From Vicinamibacteria bacterium (GTDB taxonomy: Bacteria > Acidobacteriota > Vicinamibacteria > Marinacidobacterales > Marinacidobacteraceae): a stretch of 64,000 bases of DNA. Shown one piece after another: positions 9,384 to 19,400 of the stretch. The notes beneath the pieces were generated by a model, which did no database searches, had not been told where the DNA came from, and saw only the letters and a program-made list of their open reading frames with translations. Location of the stretch: positions 928,001 through 992,000 of the forward strand of contig CAXXLQ010000004.1 in NCBI GenBank assembly GCA_963668695.2, written 5' to 3'. The translations under genes and the position numbers were made by a program. Each line of letters opens with the position of its first letter. Position 1 is the first letter of the stretch.

Positions 9384-10193
9384 ATGGGCCGAAAACTCCG
9401 GGGGCATCGGGTCTTGGTCACCGGCGCAGCCCGGGGACTCGGCGCCTCGGCCGCGCTGGGGCTCGCCGAAGCGGGCGCGGAGTGCATCCTGCTGGACCGG
9501 TCGCGGGACGAGCTCCAGGCGACCGTCGAAACGGCAGCGAGCCGGGGACCGGGCCCCTTCCACGCGCTGGTCTGCGACCTCGCTGACCGGGAGAGCACGC
9601 TCGACGCGGCGGCCCGCGCGAAGGAGGCCGTCAGGGGAGACTTGCGCGCCCTCGTGCACTGCGCCGCGGTGCTTCATCTGCGGTCCGTAGAGGAGACGAC
9701 GGACGCGCAGTGGGACGAGATGCTGGCCGTGAATCTGCGATCGGCATTCCTGCTCGTTCGGGAGTTCATGCCCGAGCTCCGGGCGGGGAGCGGCGGTTCC
9801 ATCCTGTTCGCCAGCTCGCGGGCAGGAATCATGGGCTTTCCCCAGGAGAGCGCCTACTGCGCCACCAAGTTCGGGATCGAGGGCCTCGCCAAGGCGCTCG
9901 CCGAGGAATGCGGGGACATCGGAATTGTTGCGAACACGATTACGGCGGGGACGCGGCGCATCAAACCCACCGGGCTTTCCCGCGCCGAGGAAGCCGCCCT
10001 TCCCGCGAGCGCACGGTTCTGGGGATCCTCGGAGGCGCTCGGTCCCGCGTTCGCGGCCTTTGCCCTCCTGCCCGGCGCCAGGCGCGGGGCGCCGAACGGG
10101 GGCCGGTTCGAAGCCGACCGGGTGGCGGACATGGTCCGTGGCCGGGGCCTTCCGCTTCCCGGCGAGGCGTGGAAGGAACTTAGCAGCCTGTGA
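9384..10193 (+). CDS. Short-chain dehydrogenase/reductase
   Basis: VTGAARGLG, YCATK catalytic motif; last codons are supplied by MITE copy 2. Confidence 0.88.
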   Translation: MGRKLRGHRVLVTGAARGLGASAALGLAEAGAECILLDRSRDELQATVETAASRGPGPFHALVCDLADRESTLDAAARAKEAVRGDLRALVHCAAVLHLRSVEETTDAQWDEMLAVNLRSAFLLVREFMPELRAGSGGSILFASSRAGIMGFPQESAYCATKFGIEGLAKALAEECGDIGIVANTITAGTRRIKPTGLSRAEEAALPASARFWGSSEALGPAFAAFALLPGARRGAPNGGRFEADRVADMVRGRGLPLPGEAWKELSSL

Positions 10194-10383
10194 ACAAAGT
10201 AGCGCGGCGTTCGACCGGCGATGCATCCCGCCTGAACCGCTTCACTTCGTTCCGCTCATCGTTGCGTTTCGGTCGAAATACACCAGGTATTCCTCCCTCA
10301 CGCGCCTCGTCAGCCGGACCCCCACCGGGAGAACTGGGCCTCACCGATCTCGGCGCTCACGCCACTTTATCCACAGGCTACTA
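10181..10383. mobile_element. MITE-like element, copy 2 (reverse orientation)
   Basis: TAGCAGCCTGTG...CCACAGGCTACTA; core CGTTGCGTTTCGGTCGAAATACACCAGGTATTCCTCCCTCACGCGCC. Confidence 0.85.
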
Positions 10384-10387
10384 GCGG

Positions 10388-12355
10388 ATGAGCCATTTCT
10401 GTCCCATTCCGGTTTCCGACCGGTCGCACGCGCTGAGCGAGGGGCGGGCCCTCCCCGACCGCGGGGCGGCACTTGCTCCGGAGCACGCCGCCGCGCTCCG
10501 GTCCGCGCTGCTCAGCGGGGAGACGCACTACACGCCGCGCCCGGGTCTTCCGGAACTGCGAGAGGCGATCGCCCAGCGGATCGAGGCCGCCGGAGCGCCG
10601 GCCGGAGGCACCGTGGTCGTTACCGCCGGGCGGCAGGAGGCGCTCTTTGTCGCGCTCGCCGGGGCGCGGGCGGAGGGCGGTGACACCCCCGCCACTGTGG
10701 TCCTGTCCCCGGCGACCCATCTGGACCCCGGAGTGCGCGCCGCCTGCGCGGTGCTCGATCTGTTTCCGGTGGTGGATGAATCTCGCCAGCCGCTGGCTGA
10801 CGAGACCGGTCTGAAGTCCGGCACTCGCGAAGGCGCGGTCGCGCGGGTCTCCACACCGGAGGAAACAGGCACCGGCGCGCCGATGGAAATTGTGGACTGC
10901 GGGGACCGGTTGCTCGGCCGGGACGACGCGGAAGCGTCCTTTCTCGCCGGAGTTGGGCTCGCCGGAGTTGGGGAAGACGCGGTGCTCGTCGGATCGCTCG
11001 ACGGCCTGCCCGAGCTCGCGCCGTTCCGGGTGGGCTTCTTCCGGGCGCCGCCCCGGTTGCTCGGCCGGCTGCGGAGTCTGAAGCAGGCGATCTCGATCTG
11101 CACCGCCGCGCCGTCGCAGCGCACCGCGGCGCTGCTGCTGGGGGCCGCGCCGGCAAGGCCGGGTCCGCGCCCCGTGCTGGCCAAGCCGCGTCCGCGCCCC
11201 GTGCTGGCCAAGCCCAGTAAGGACGATTCCCGCTATTCGCTGATGGAACTGGCCGCGAGTCTCGACGGAGTCGTGAGCCTCGGCAGAGGCGATCCCGACG
11301 CCGACGCCCCGGAGTCGGTTCTGGAGGCTGCCTGCGCCCGAATCGGCGAGACCGAACCGCTCGACCCCCGCGGGCAACGCTGGCTCCGCGAACGGATCGT
11401 CGAGCGCGAGGAGGCCCGGACGGGTGTTCGTTGGGACCCGGACACCGAAACCCTGGTCACCGGCGGCGCCCAGGAGGGCATCACCCTCGCCATGCTGGCC
11501 CTGGTCGGCGAGCGCGAGGAGGTGCTGCTGGCCGATCCCCGCTACACGTCCTACGAACAGGCCATCGCGCTCGCGCGGGGACGCATGGCGCCCGTCCCCT
11601 GCGGCGGGAAGAACGGGGACGGACACGAAGACTTCGGGATGCGCGCCGCCGCGACCGAGGAGGCACTCCGCCGGACCGAGCGACCCCGGCTGCTCGCCAT
11701 CGTGAACTTCTCCAACCCGACCGGCGCCCGGACCCGCGCCGGGGAGGTCGAGGACCTCTGCCGGATGGCGGACCGCCACCACCTCTGGGTGCTTTCCGAC
11801 GAGGTCTACGCCGACATGGCGCTCGACGGGGAGGGACCGGTTCTGTCGCCATCCACGCTGCCCGGCATGCGCAACCGGACGCTGACGATGGGAAGCGTCT
11901 CCAAGAGCTACGCGATGACCGGCTTCCGCATCGGCTACCTGACCGGGCCGGCGTATGCCATCGCCGCCTGCGCCCGGGCGAAGGCGGCGCTCTCCGGTCC
12001 GAGCCCGCTGTTTTCGCAACGAGCGGCAGCGGCGGCGCTGGCCGGGGGCGAAGCGTTCCCCGCCCGGCTCCGGGCAATCTACGCCCCGCGGCGGCGCCTG
12101 CTCCTCGACGGGCTCGCCCGGCTCGGCATCCCGACCGCCGCGCACGGGGGCGGCTTCTTCGTCTGGGCGGACATCTCCCGCTTCGGCCTTTCAGCAGAAT
12201 CCTTCTGCCGCCGCCTCCTCATCGAGGCGCGGGTCCTCCTGTTCCCGGGGACCGCGTTCGGGAAGAGCTGGGACCGCTACGCGAGGGTTTCCATGCTCCA
12301 GTCGGAAGATCAGATCCGGGAAGCGCTCGCGCGGATGGAAGCCTTCGGCGGCTGA
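10388..12355 (+). CDS. Class I/II PLP aminotransferase with a duplicated, degenerate N-terminal domain
   Basis: C-half: SNPTG, SDEVY, SVSKSYAMTGFRIGY. N-half: YTPRPGLPELREAIA and VTAGRQEAL, but SLDGLPELAPFRVGF lacks the PLP lysine. Confidence 0.85.
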   Translation: MSHFCPIPVSDRSHALSEGRALPDRGAALAPEHAAALRSALLSGETHYTPRPGLPELREAIAQRIEAAGAPAGGTVVVTAGRQEALFVALAGARAEGGDTPATVVLSPATHLDPGVRAACAVLDLFPVVDESRQPLADETGLKSGTREGAVARVSTPEETGTGAPMEIVDCGDRLLGRDDAEASFLAGVGLAGVGEDAVLVGSLDGLPELAPFRVGFFRAPPRLLGRLRSLKQAISICTAAPSQRTAALLLGAAPARPGPRPVLAKPRPRPVLAKPSKDDSRYSLMELAASLDGVVSLGRGDPDADAPESVLEAACARIGETEPLDPRGQRWLRERIVEREEARTGVRWDPDTETLVTGGAQEGITLAMLALVGEREEVLLADPRYTSYEQAIALARGRMAPVPCGGKNGDGHEDFGMRAAATEEALRRTERPRLLAIVNFSNPTGARTRAGEVEDLCRMADRHHLWVLSDEVYADMALDGEGPVLSPSTLPGMRNRTLTMGSVSKSYAMTGFRIGYLTGPAYAIAACARAKAALSGPSPLFSQRAAAAALAGGEAFPARLRAIYAPRRRLLLDGLARLGIPTAAHGGGFFVWADISRFGLSAESFCRRLLIEARVLLFPGTAFGKSWDRYARVSMLQSEDQIREALARMEAFGG

Positions 12356-12402
12356 ACGCACCCGTTCCGGCCGCACGGCTTCCTGGGGCGTTCGCTGCCG
12401 CG

Positions 12403-12696
12403 TCAGCGCGCCAACTCTTCCTGGACGATTGAAGGCCGCTTGGCGATCAGTGCGAGCAACACGCGCGCCGGCCCCTCCGGTCGCCGACGGCCCTGCTCCC
12501 AGTTCTTGAGCGTACCTAGCGGGATGCCGATGCTCCGGGCGAAGGCCGGTTGCGACAGCCCGGTCCTGCGGCGAATCGCAACGACGTCGGTATCGGACAC
12601 CTCGATGTCATGCACGACAAACCCGCTGCGATTCCCCTCGAGGTAGGCGCGCGCATCGTCGAGCCCCACCATGATCTTGTCGAATGTCTTGGTCAT
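12403..12696 (-). CDS. HigA-like XRE HTH antitoxin
   Basis: RRRTGLSQPAFA...GTLKNWEQGRRRPEGPARVLL. Confidence 0.9.
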   Translation of the reverse strand: MTKTFDKIMVGLDDARAYLEGNRSGFVVHDIEVSDTDVVAIRRRTGLSQPAFARSIGIPLGTLKNWEQGRRRPEGPARVLLALIAKRPSIVQEELAR

Positions 12697-13029
12697 CGGT
12701 CCCCCCGGTAGTCCGCCGCCAGTTCCTTCGCGGCGCGGATCAGCACCGTGCGCTCCTCCACACTGAGGCCTGTCTTCTCGTTCTTGGCGAAGACGGACAG
12801 CAGGAACACCGGAATGTCCTCGCCTGCGAACAGGAATACCACTCGTGCGCCGCCACGCTTGCCGCGTCCCGGAAGAGCGATGCGGGCCTTTCGAACCCCG
12901 CCGCCGAGCGCCACGCCCGCCCGGGGATTTTCTGCCACCATGGTTGATGACATCGGCGCGGAGAGCGTCGGATAGAACACCGCGCGCCGCCGCGAGGTAG
13001 GCAGGTGTCTCCACAACGGTTTGCAGCAC
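12693..13029 (-). pseudogene. RelE/HigB-like toxin with a +1 frameshift near 12942
   Basis: LQTVVETPAYLAAARGVLSD in one frame; MVAENPRAG...GGVRKAR...GRGKRGGARV...VFAKNEK in another. Confidence 0.8.
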
Positions 13030-13150
13030 CACATCGCGAGTAGAATAGACGCCAGTGACGCCGGGAGTCAATGGCGTCCAAACCGGGGGTTGACCACCCG
13101 GGTGTTCCGGCGCGCGCGGCACCGAACTGACGCTTGGAGGAACCCCGCTC

Positions 13151-13549
13151 CTTGACCTTGGAGCGATCAGAAAAGCCGACTGGGTACTGACCACCCATGA
13201 AACCCCTCGCGACTACCGGCACAGCTTCGGGCGCATTCCCTGGAGCGTCGGCGTTTTCGACGAAGCCTGGAAGATCAAGAACCCGGCCGCCCGACTGACC
13301 GAAGCGGCGCTGCCCATGAACATCGATTTCGTGGACGTCTACCTACCGATAGCCCATCATCCTCGTTTCGCGGACTTCAGCTTTGATGTTCGGCTCGACG
13401 CGTTGCTGGAAAGGAAGCGCAGGATGAACCGCCGCGTACTCGCTCCTTCGACGGCCAGTGAGGGCGATGTGTCTCAACTCTTCGATGAAACAACCGAACA
13501 CGCACTGGAATTTGCGCGGGGAACGCCGGATAGCGTGGACGTGGACTGA
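13151..13549 (+). pseudogene. Internally deleted SNF2-family helicase remnant (ZorD-like by recollection)
   Basis: One frame reads WVLTTHETPRDYRHSFGRIPWSVGVFDEAWKIKNP (motifs Ib-II), joined directly to a C-terminal tail VYLPIAHHP...SFDVRLDALLERKRRM. Confidence 0.65.
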
Positions 13550-13668
13550 GAGCGCCCAGAGCCGACCCTTGCGGATGGCCGAGACGCTGCGAAATCCGAT
13601 AGATCCGCCAGCCCAACGTTGGATCGTCCCGTTCCCGTAGAATGGGATTCGAGCGGGAGGAACGCGCG

Positions 13669-15117
13669 ATGAAGGAACGACGGAACTGGGGTTGGCTTCT
13701 TGGACCCGGGATCGCGCTTGCGATCCTCGCCGCCTGCGGAGGCGGAAGCGAACCAGCGGAAGAGGCGGATGACGGCCGCTTCCGGAAATACGCCGCCGGG
13801 ATCGCGGCGCACCATCTCTGTTCCGGCACCTTCGTGGTCGGGCGGGTCACCGAGCGGACGCCCGAGACGGTGCTCGCCGGGGACATCGCGCCCTTCGTCG
13901 GGTTCGCCTGGCAGGACGACTTCGAGTGGGACGTGGACATGGAGGCAATGAGCGCCACCGTCTGGGCGGCCGACGTGGCCCCGCGTACCGCGAAGTACCA
14001 CGGGGACCAGGGGTGCACTCTCCTGGAAGACGGCGCCGATTCGGTGCGTTTCACGCCGGTCCCGGTGCCCCGGAACCAGCCCCCGGCGGACGAGCAGGAC
14101 TGGCCGCTCGGCGACATCGGCGCGGAAGAACCCGATCAGGCCGGCGTGGACCGGGCGGCGCTCGACGCGGCGCTCGACGCCGCCATGGGCACCGAGGAGC
14201 AAAACACCCGGGCCCTCGCGGTGGTCCGGCACGGGAAGATCGTCGGCGAGCGCTACGCGCCCGGCTTCACCCGGAACACCCCGCAGATCAGTTGGTCGGA
14301 GGGCAAGAGCGTCACCGCGACCCTGATCGGGGTGCTCATGCAGAAAGGGCACTTCGGGCTCGACGACCCGGCGCCGGTCGCCGAGTGGCGCGCGGAGGGC
14401 GACCCCCGCGGGGTCATCCTGATGCGGCACCTCCTGACCATGAGCAGCGGGCTCGACATGACGAACCTGGGACTCGACGGAGCGTCCTCCCTGATCCCCG
14501 AGAACGAGCACATGCGCGTCTATTTCGATTCGCTCAACGTCTTCGAGCACGCCTCCGGCCAGCCCTACGGCATCCCGCCGGGCACCGAATTCCGCTACCG
14601 CAACTCGGATCCGCTGACTCTCGGACGCATCGTGCGCGAGACGGTCGAGAACAACGGCAAGGAGTACCTCACCCACCCGCAGCGGATGCTGTTCGACCGG
14701 ATCGGCTCCCGCGACTTCGTGCTCGAGCCCGACCCCTGGGGCAATTTCATCCTCAGCGGCTACGAATACGGCAGCGCCGCCGACTGGATGCGCTTCGGAC
14801 TCCTCCACCTCTGGGACGGCGTCTTCGAGGGCGACCGCATCCTGCCCGAGGGCTGGTCGGAGTTCGTGAGCAGCCCCTCCCCGGGAGCGCAGAACGGGGA
14901 ATACGGCGGGTTGTGGTGGCTGAACCTCGGCGGACGCCACCCGGACATCCCGTCCGACGCCTACTGGGCCTCGGGGTTCATGGGACAAACCACCATGGTG
15001 ATCCCTTCACGCGATGTGGTGGTGGTCCGACTCGGGCCGAGCCCCGGCGGATTCGACGAGTACCTGAACGCCACGGTGGGGGCGATCCTGGCCGCGTTCG
15101 ACGACAGCGCGGAATAG
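13669..15117 (+). CDS. Serine hydrolase, beta-lactamase-like (class C) lipoprotein
   Basis: Lipobox LAAC; SxxK (WSEGKSV), YRN, YGGLWW, SGFMGQ. Confidence 0.88.
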   Translation: MKERRNWGWLLGPGIALAILAACGGGSEPAEEADDGRFRKYAAGIAAHHLCSGTFVVGRVTERTPETVLAGDIAPFVGFAWQDDFEWDVDMEAMSATVWAADVAPRTAKYHGDQGCTLLEDGADSVRFTPVPVPRNQPPADEQDWPLGDIGAEEPDQAGVDRAALDAALDAAMGTEEQNTRALAVVRHGKIVGERYAPGFTRNTPQISWSEGKSVTATLIGVLMQKGHFGLDDPAPVAEWRAEGDPRGVILMRHLLTMSSGLDMTNLGLDGASSLIPENEHMRVYFDSLNVFEHASGQPYGIPPGTEFRYRNSDPLTLGRIVRETVENNGKEYLTHPQRMLFDRIGSRDFVLEPDPWGNFILSGYEYGSAADWMRFGLLHLWDGVFEGDRILPEGWSEFVSSPSPGAQNGEYGGLWWLNLGGRHPDIPSDAYWASGFMGQTTMVIPSRDVVVVRLGPSPGGFDEYLNATVGAILAAFDDSAE

Positions 15118-15352
15118 GAAGCGGCATCGGCCGGCGCGCCCGTTCCGCCGGCGGGATCCCGCTACCTCCGAAAGCCTGTGACCAGGACGATCTTGCGCGC
15201 CATCTATCCGGGGAGGGAATCTCCCCGCGTCATCCAGGGCGGGGAGCCCTGCCGCATCCGCCGGCGGGACATGGTGTTGGCGGTGGGCGCGACGGGCGCC
15301 GTCGGCTGACGACGCCCGCCGGCCGCTGGCCGGATCAATTTTCCGTCCGGAA

Positions 15353-16006
15353 CTATTCGGTTCTCCCCCGGCAAACCGCATCTGCGGTTTTCCGTACCGC
15401 AAACCTGAGTGCGGGCCCGACCTCATAGGTCCCCGCGTGGTCGCTGCCGTCATCGTGGTCATGAAGATCACCGTTGATTCCGACGACTACCTCCCGCACA
15501 TCGCTGCAACCGGGACACACCCCGATGCTGCCGGGCGTCGCCACCGCGAGAACCGTCTCACCGTCTTCGAGCTCAAACGCGTTCTCGGCAGGCGCGGGCG
15601 GGGGCTCGTGCCTCCTTTCCCCCAGGGGGGTCGTGCTTTCCAGCTCCGGATCGGAAATGTAGAACGATCCGTGAAGGTCTCCCAGAGGGTCGGACCGACG
15701 CACCACCAGGGCTGGAATGGGGTCGCCCTCGCAAAGTTGCTCCTCGCTGGCCGGAGTCTCCCTTTCGATCCATACGCGGTGACCACCCTCGTGTCGGACT
15801 TCAGGTCCTGCCGGCCCATCGGATGGATGCAAATTCGTTTTCAATCGCTCCGGTACCGCGACACTCGCTGACGCTTCGAATTCGTCAACGGTAGCCGCAG
15901 GCTCCGGTACCGTGGAAGGCGCCATGTCGCTGTTACAGGCCGCCCACGTGCCGATACCTGTCGCAATGAGGGCGTAGACGACGCCCATCGCCATTCTTTT
16001 TCTCAT
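15353..16006 (-). CDS. Hypothetical lipoprotein, paralog A
   Basis: Signal peptide ending WAAC; RBS GGAGAA; shares LCEGD, RRSD, IGxCPxC and VVxGIN motifs with 17438-18364. Confidence 0.7.
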   Translation of the reverse strand: MRKRMAMGVVYALIATGIGTWAACNSDMAPSTVPEPAATVDEFEASASVAVPERLKTNLHPSDGPAGPEVRHEGGHRVWIERETPASEEQLCEGDPIPALVVRRSDPLGDLHGSFYISDPELESTTPLGERRHEPPPAPAENAFELEDGETVLAVATPGSIGVCPGCSDVREVVVGINGDLHDHDDGSDHAGTYEVGPALRFAVRKTADAVCRGRTE

Positions 16007-16108
16007 ATCTTCTTTCTCCTTGAGATTGCATGAGTTTCTTGTTGCTTGAAGGTCACTTTCGCGTCGCGGGCCACATGTCCCGGCGCGGCGGCCGCTGCGC
16101 TCCTGGCG

Positions 16109-17393
16109 CTGAGAGCCGACTCGCTGTTTCCCGGTGGACGAGTGCGGTGTTCGGAACGATCTGCCGGGTGCCGACGGAACTCCGGTCCCCTTCGTCGTGG
16201 TGAGTTCGGTCACATCTCGCGCCTCTGGAGACTCCTTCGGACCGCGCACTTCACGGACGCGCACGGACAGTTTGTCCTGGAAGGACTCCCGCCGGGACGG
16301 ACGATGCTGTGGATCCATCCGTACTTCGTTCCGACGGCCCACTTCTTCAGCGCCAGCGAACCGGGCGCGGACGACATCCACCACGCGCTGGTCTGGTCGG
16401 TGGTCGAAGCCGGCCGGATCGTGGACGTCGGAGAAATCACGGTCACGAGCCACCCCGGAGGACCGCAAGTGACGTTTCCTCGCCGGTCGCGTGTTGAACT
16501 GGCCGTCGGCCTTCTTCTGGGGCTCGGGTGTCAGTCCGAGCAGTCGGCGGTTCCCCGACCCACCACCCTACCGGCGCCCGCACCACCGGCACCGACTCCA
16601 CCGGAGGAACCTGCGACCAACTACCTTGTTCCGGGTTTCACCGGGCTGTACTTCACCCCCGGGCAGCCTCTTCTGCTCACGGAGGGATCGACCGTTTTCG
16701 TGGGTGTCACTGGTTGGACAGTTACTGCTCTCCGAACATGCGGCTGCGAATCCTTTCCGACGCGCCGCCGGGCGAACTGTCGGTAACACCTTCGGTGGAA
16801 ATCGGCCCGAGACTGGGGAATCCCGACGCCTTGTTGTTGACGGCGGTCGCCGACGATCGCGAGAGGGAGGCCCCGGCGACCTACAACCTGGAGATCCAAG
16901 GGCCCCTTCCACTGGCGCCCGGTTGGGCCGATGACCTGTCTCGGGCGAAGATGCAGGTGACCGTCCTGGACGGTGACTCAGGGCCCGGCGAAGATTCGGA
17001 GAGTTTCGGTTGTGACGAAACGTCGCTGCTGGCCGTTGCGCACCGAGACACCCGGGATGCCGGGAGCTGGATGCGGGCGCTCTACGGAGAGGAACTCCAC
17101 GAGTACATCTCCGGAGAGATCCGGTTGCGCGCCGTCCATCCGAAGGCGGTGCTCTCGCTGCTCGCTCCATACCGGCAACCGTCACGCACGACGAAGAGGA
17201 GGAGGCAGAGCGGCCCACGGACCGCCCCTATCCGTTCGGCTTCCTGATCGATCTCGGCTCTCGGGACTTCGCAAACGGGTTTGAGCAGACGTTGAGCCTG
17301 GCCTGGTTCGACGACCTCGAGGTGCGGGTCGAAACTCCGGGATGCGACGCCCTCGAGACGGTCTGCACCGCTGCCGCCTGCCGCTTGCGCTGA
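16109..17393 (+). pseudogene. Degraded secreted/lipoprotein gene(s) with several frameshifts
   Basis: Carboxypeptidase-regulatory-like FTDAHGQFVLEGLPPG, then LGLGC lipobox; coding signal shifts frame near 16720 and 17200; C-terminus ETPGCDALETVCTAAACRLR. Confidence 0.5.
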
Positions 17394-17437
17394 GCGCTAT
17401 CCACCCGAAGAGCGCCATTTCTGTCCGGAAGCGGGCA

Positions 17438-18364
17438 TCACCGCTGCTGGCAGAGTTCGTCCGTCGCCTTTCGGATCTGAAACACGAAGGCGTCGCCGAT
17501 CCGATAGCTCCCCGGGTCGCGGCCATCGTCTTCGGTGTAAATCAGGTCGTTGATTCCCAGGACGACATCCCTTTTCTCACCGCAGTCGGGACAACGACCG
17601 ATTCTCTTTTCGTCCAGCTCATACGTCACAATCGAGTCCTCGCCGTCCGCAAAACGGAACGGCCCTTCAATGGGCGAAAGTTGAGGCGTTCTGCTTTCCA
17701 TCTCCGGATCCACCAGGTAGACCGATCCTCGAAGTTCGCCCGCCGAATCCGATCTGCGTATGCCGATCACATGAATGTAATCGCCCTCGCACAGTTCCAT
17801 GTCTTTCGGAGGACTCGTTCCATAGATCCATACATCAGGATCCGGCAGCTCCTCAACTTCTGGCTCCTCAACTTCTGGCTCCTCAACTTCCGGCTCCTCA
17901 ACTTCCGGCTCCTCAACTTCCGGCTCCTCAACTTCCGGCTCCTCAGGTGAAGCAGTGTAGGACTGTTCGGAACCAGGAACACATTGACCAAGGCCGTCAT
18001 CGATACAGCACTGGTAGTCAGGACTGGAAAAATACGCAGTATTGTGTCCGCATTTGGGATGCCATCCAGTAAGCGTGTTCAAGAACTGGATCGGCACACA
18101 TCTTCGGCCGTCATCCGTTTGCCAATTGCCGCCATCGTCGTGAAGGCAATCGTGCCAGGGCGGTTTTTCGAACGTCAGCGCGGCCGTTTCGGTAACGGTC
18201 GCAAGAACAGTGGACGACGCATCAACCTCTAGTGATGCAGGCGGAAGCAGTGCGGCAGGTTCGGGCACCGTAGATGGCCCCGTGCCATTGTTGCAGGCTA
18301 TCCAGCTACCGAAGCAGATCGCGATGATCGTTCCGATTCCATGTAACGTAATTCGTCTTTGCAT
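17438..18364 (-). CDS. Hypothetical lipoprotein, paralog B, with Cys-rich insert and (EEPEV)n linker
   Basis: Signal peptide ending WIAC; C-terminal domain paralogous to 15353-16006; lower GC than flanks. Confidence 0.75.
   Translation of the reverse strand: MQRRITLHGIGTIIAICFGSWIACNNGTGPSTVPEPAALLPPASLEVDASSTVLATVTETAALTFEKPPWHDCLHDDGGNWQTDDGRRCVPIQFLNTLTGWHPKCGHNTAYFSSPDYQCCIDDGLGQCVPGSEQSYTASPEEPEVEEPEVEEPEVEEPEVEEPEVEEPEVEELPDPDVWIYGTSPPKDMELCEGDYIHVIGIRRSDSAGELRGSVYLVDPEMESRTPQLSPIEGPFRFADGEDSIVTYELDEKRIGRCPDCGEKRDVVLGINDLIYTEDDGRDPGSYRIGDAFVFQIRKATDELCQQR
17850..17945. repeat. 15-bp coding tandem repeat, about 6 copies (EEPEV)
   Basis: CTCCTCAACTTCYGG repeated. Confidence 0.95.
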
Positions 18365-18899
18365 TTTCTTACCTCTTTTGGTTTCTTCTCTTCATGCCAC
18401 TGAAAGCGTGCCGCCAACAGTTACGACATATCTCCTCTTCACCAAGGTCGGTCCAAGGCATTCCTTTCCTGCTTTGGAAATGCCCAGCCTGTGGCTTGTC
18501 TTACGGAAGAAGTCGCGATGCTCAACCAGCATCGTCGCGGGTATGGCTGCCCAAGACGGCGGACCCTCGATAGTCGATGGATCGCGTCACGAAAAGCAAG
18601 GGCTCTGCTGCCCGCAGCGCGAGTCATTTCGTCAATGACTCGGACGCTCAGCCATGTCCCGTCTTGCGGAACCAGCGACCCTGTGCTTCGTCGTATCACT
18701 CTTGTCTCGTCTCCTGAGTTCTAGCACGCCAGCGGCGACATTTCAAGTTTTATGGAAATGTCGGAGTCATCCCAGCAGAAACGACGCGCTCGTTGTCAAA
18801 CGCACCTCGCGGCCAGCGCGTACCGGGACGCACGGGATACCGGAAACTGGGTGCGGGGGTCCACGGGGACGGCCTGACCCAGTGTTCCGCCGCGTACGT

Positions 18900-19169
18900 T
18901 TTGTGCGCACCACACACCCGAAGGCGGCGCTTTCCCGACTCGCTCCACACCGGCGACCCTTGGCGTACCGGGAAGAAGAAGGCGGGCCGCCTCTGGGTCG
19001 CCCCTACCCCTTCGGCTTCCTCTTCGGTCTAAGTCTCCGCGAGACCCGAGGGGGCTTCGAGTCCACGATGAACCCGGCCTGGCTCGACGGTCTCCACATG
19101 CCGCTCGAAACTCCGGGATGCGAAGCGCTGGAGGCGGCCTGCGACGACGGCGCCTGCCGGGGTCGCTGA
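18900..19169 (+). pseudogene. 3' fragment paralogous to the end of the 16109-17393 gene
   Basis: HPKAALSRLAPHRRP...PYPFGFLFGL...ETPGCEALEAACDDGACRGR matches 17137-17393. Confidence 0.65.
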
Positions 19170-19400
19170 GCGGAGCCAGAGAAGGGACTCGAGCTCTCTT
19201 AGTGTGAAAAACAGGACGACATAGGCTGAGTTACTCAGTTCAATGATTAGGGTTGGAAATGGACACGGGAGGACCGAAGAGAAATTGGGGAGGGGCAGGA
19301 AGAAAGCCAGAACAAATAGAGCGGCGCTCTTTCTCTTTCCATTACTGTCCAAATAGGAATTGTATTTTGAGTTCAGACGGTCCAGAGACAAAATAGACAT

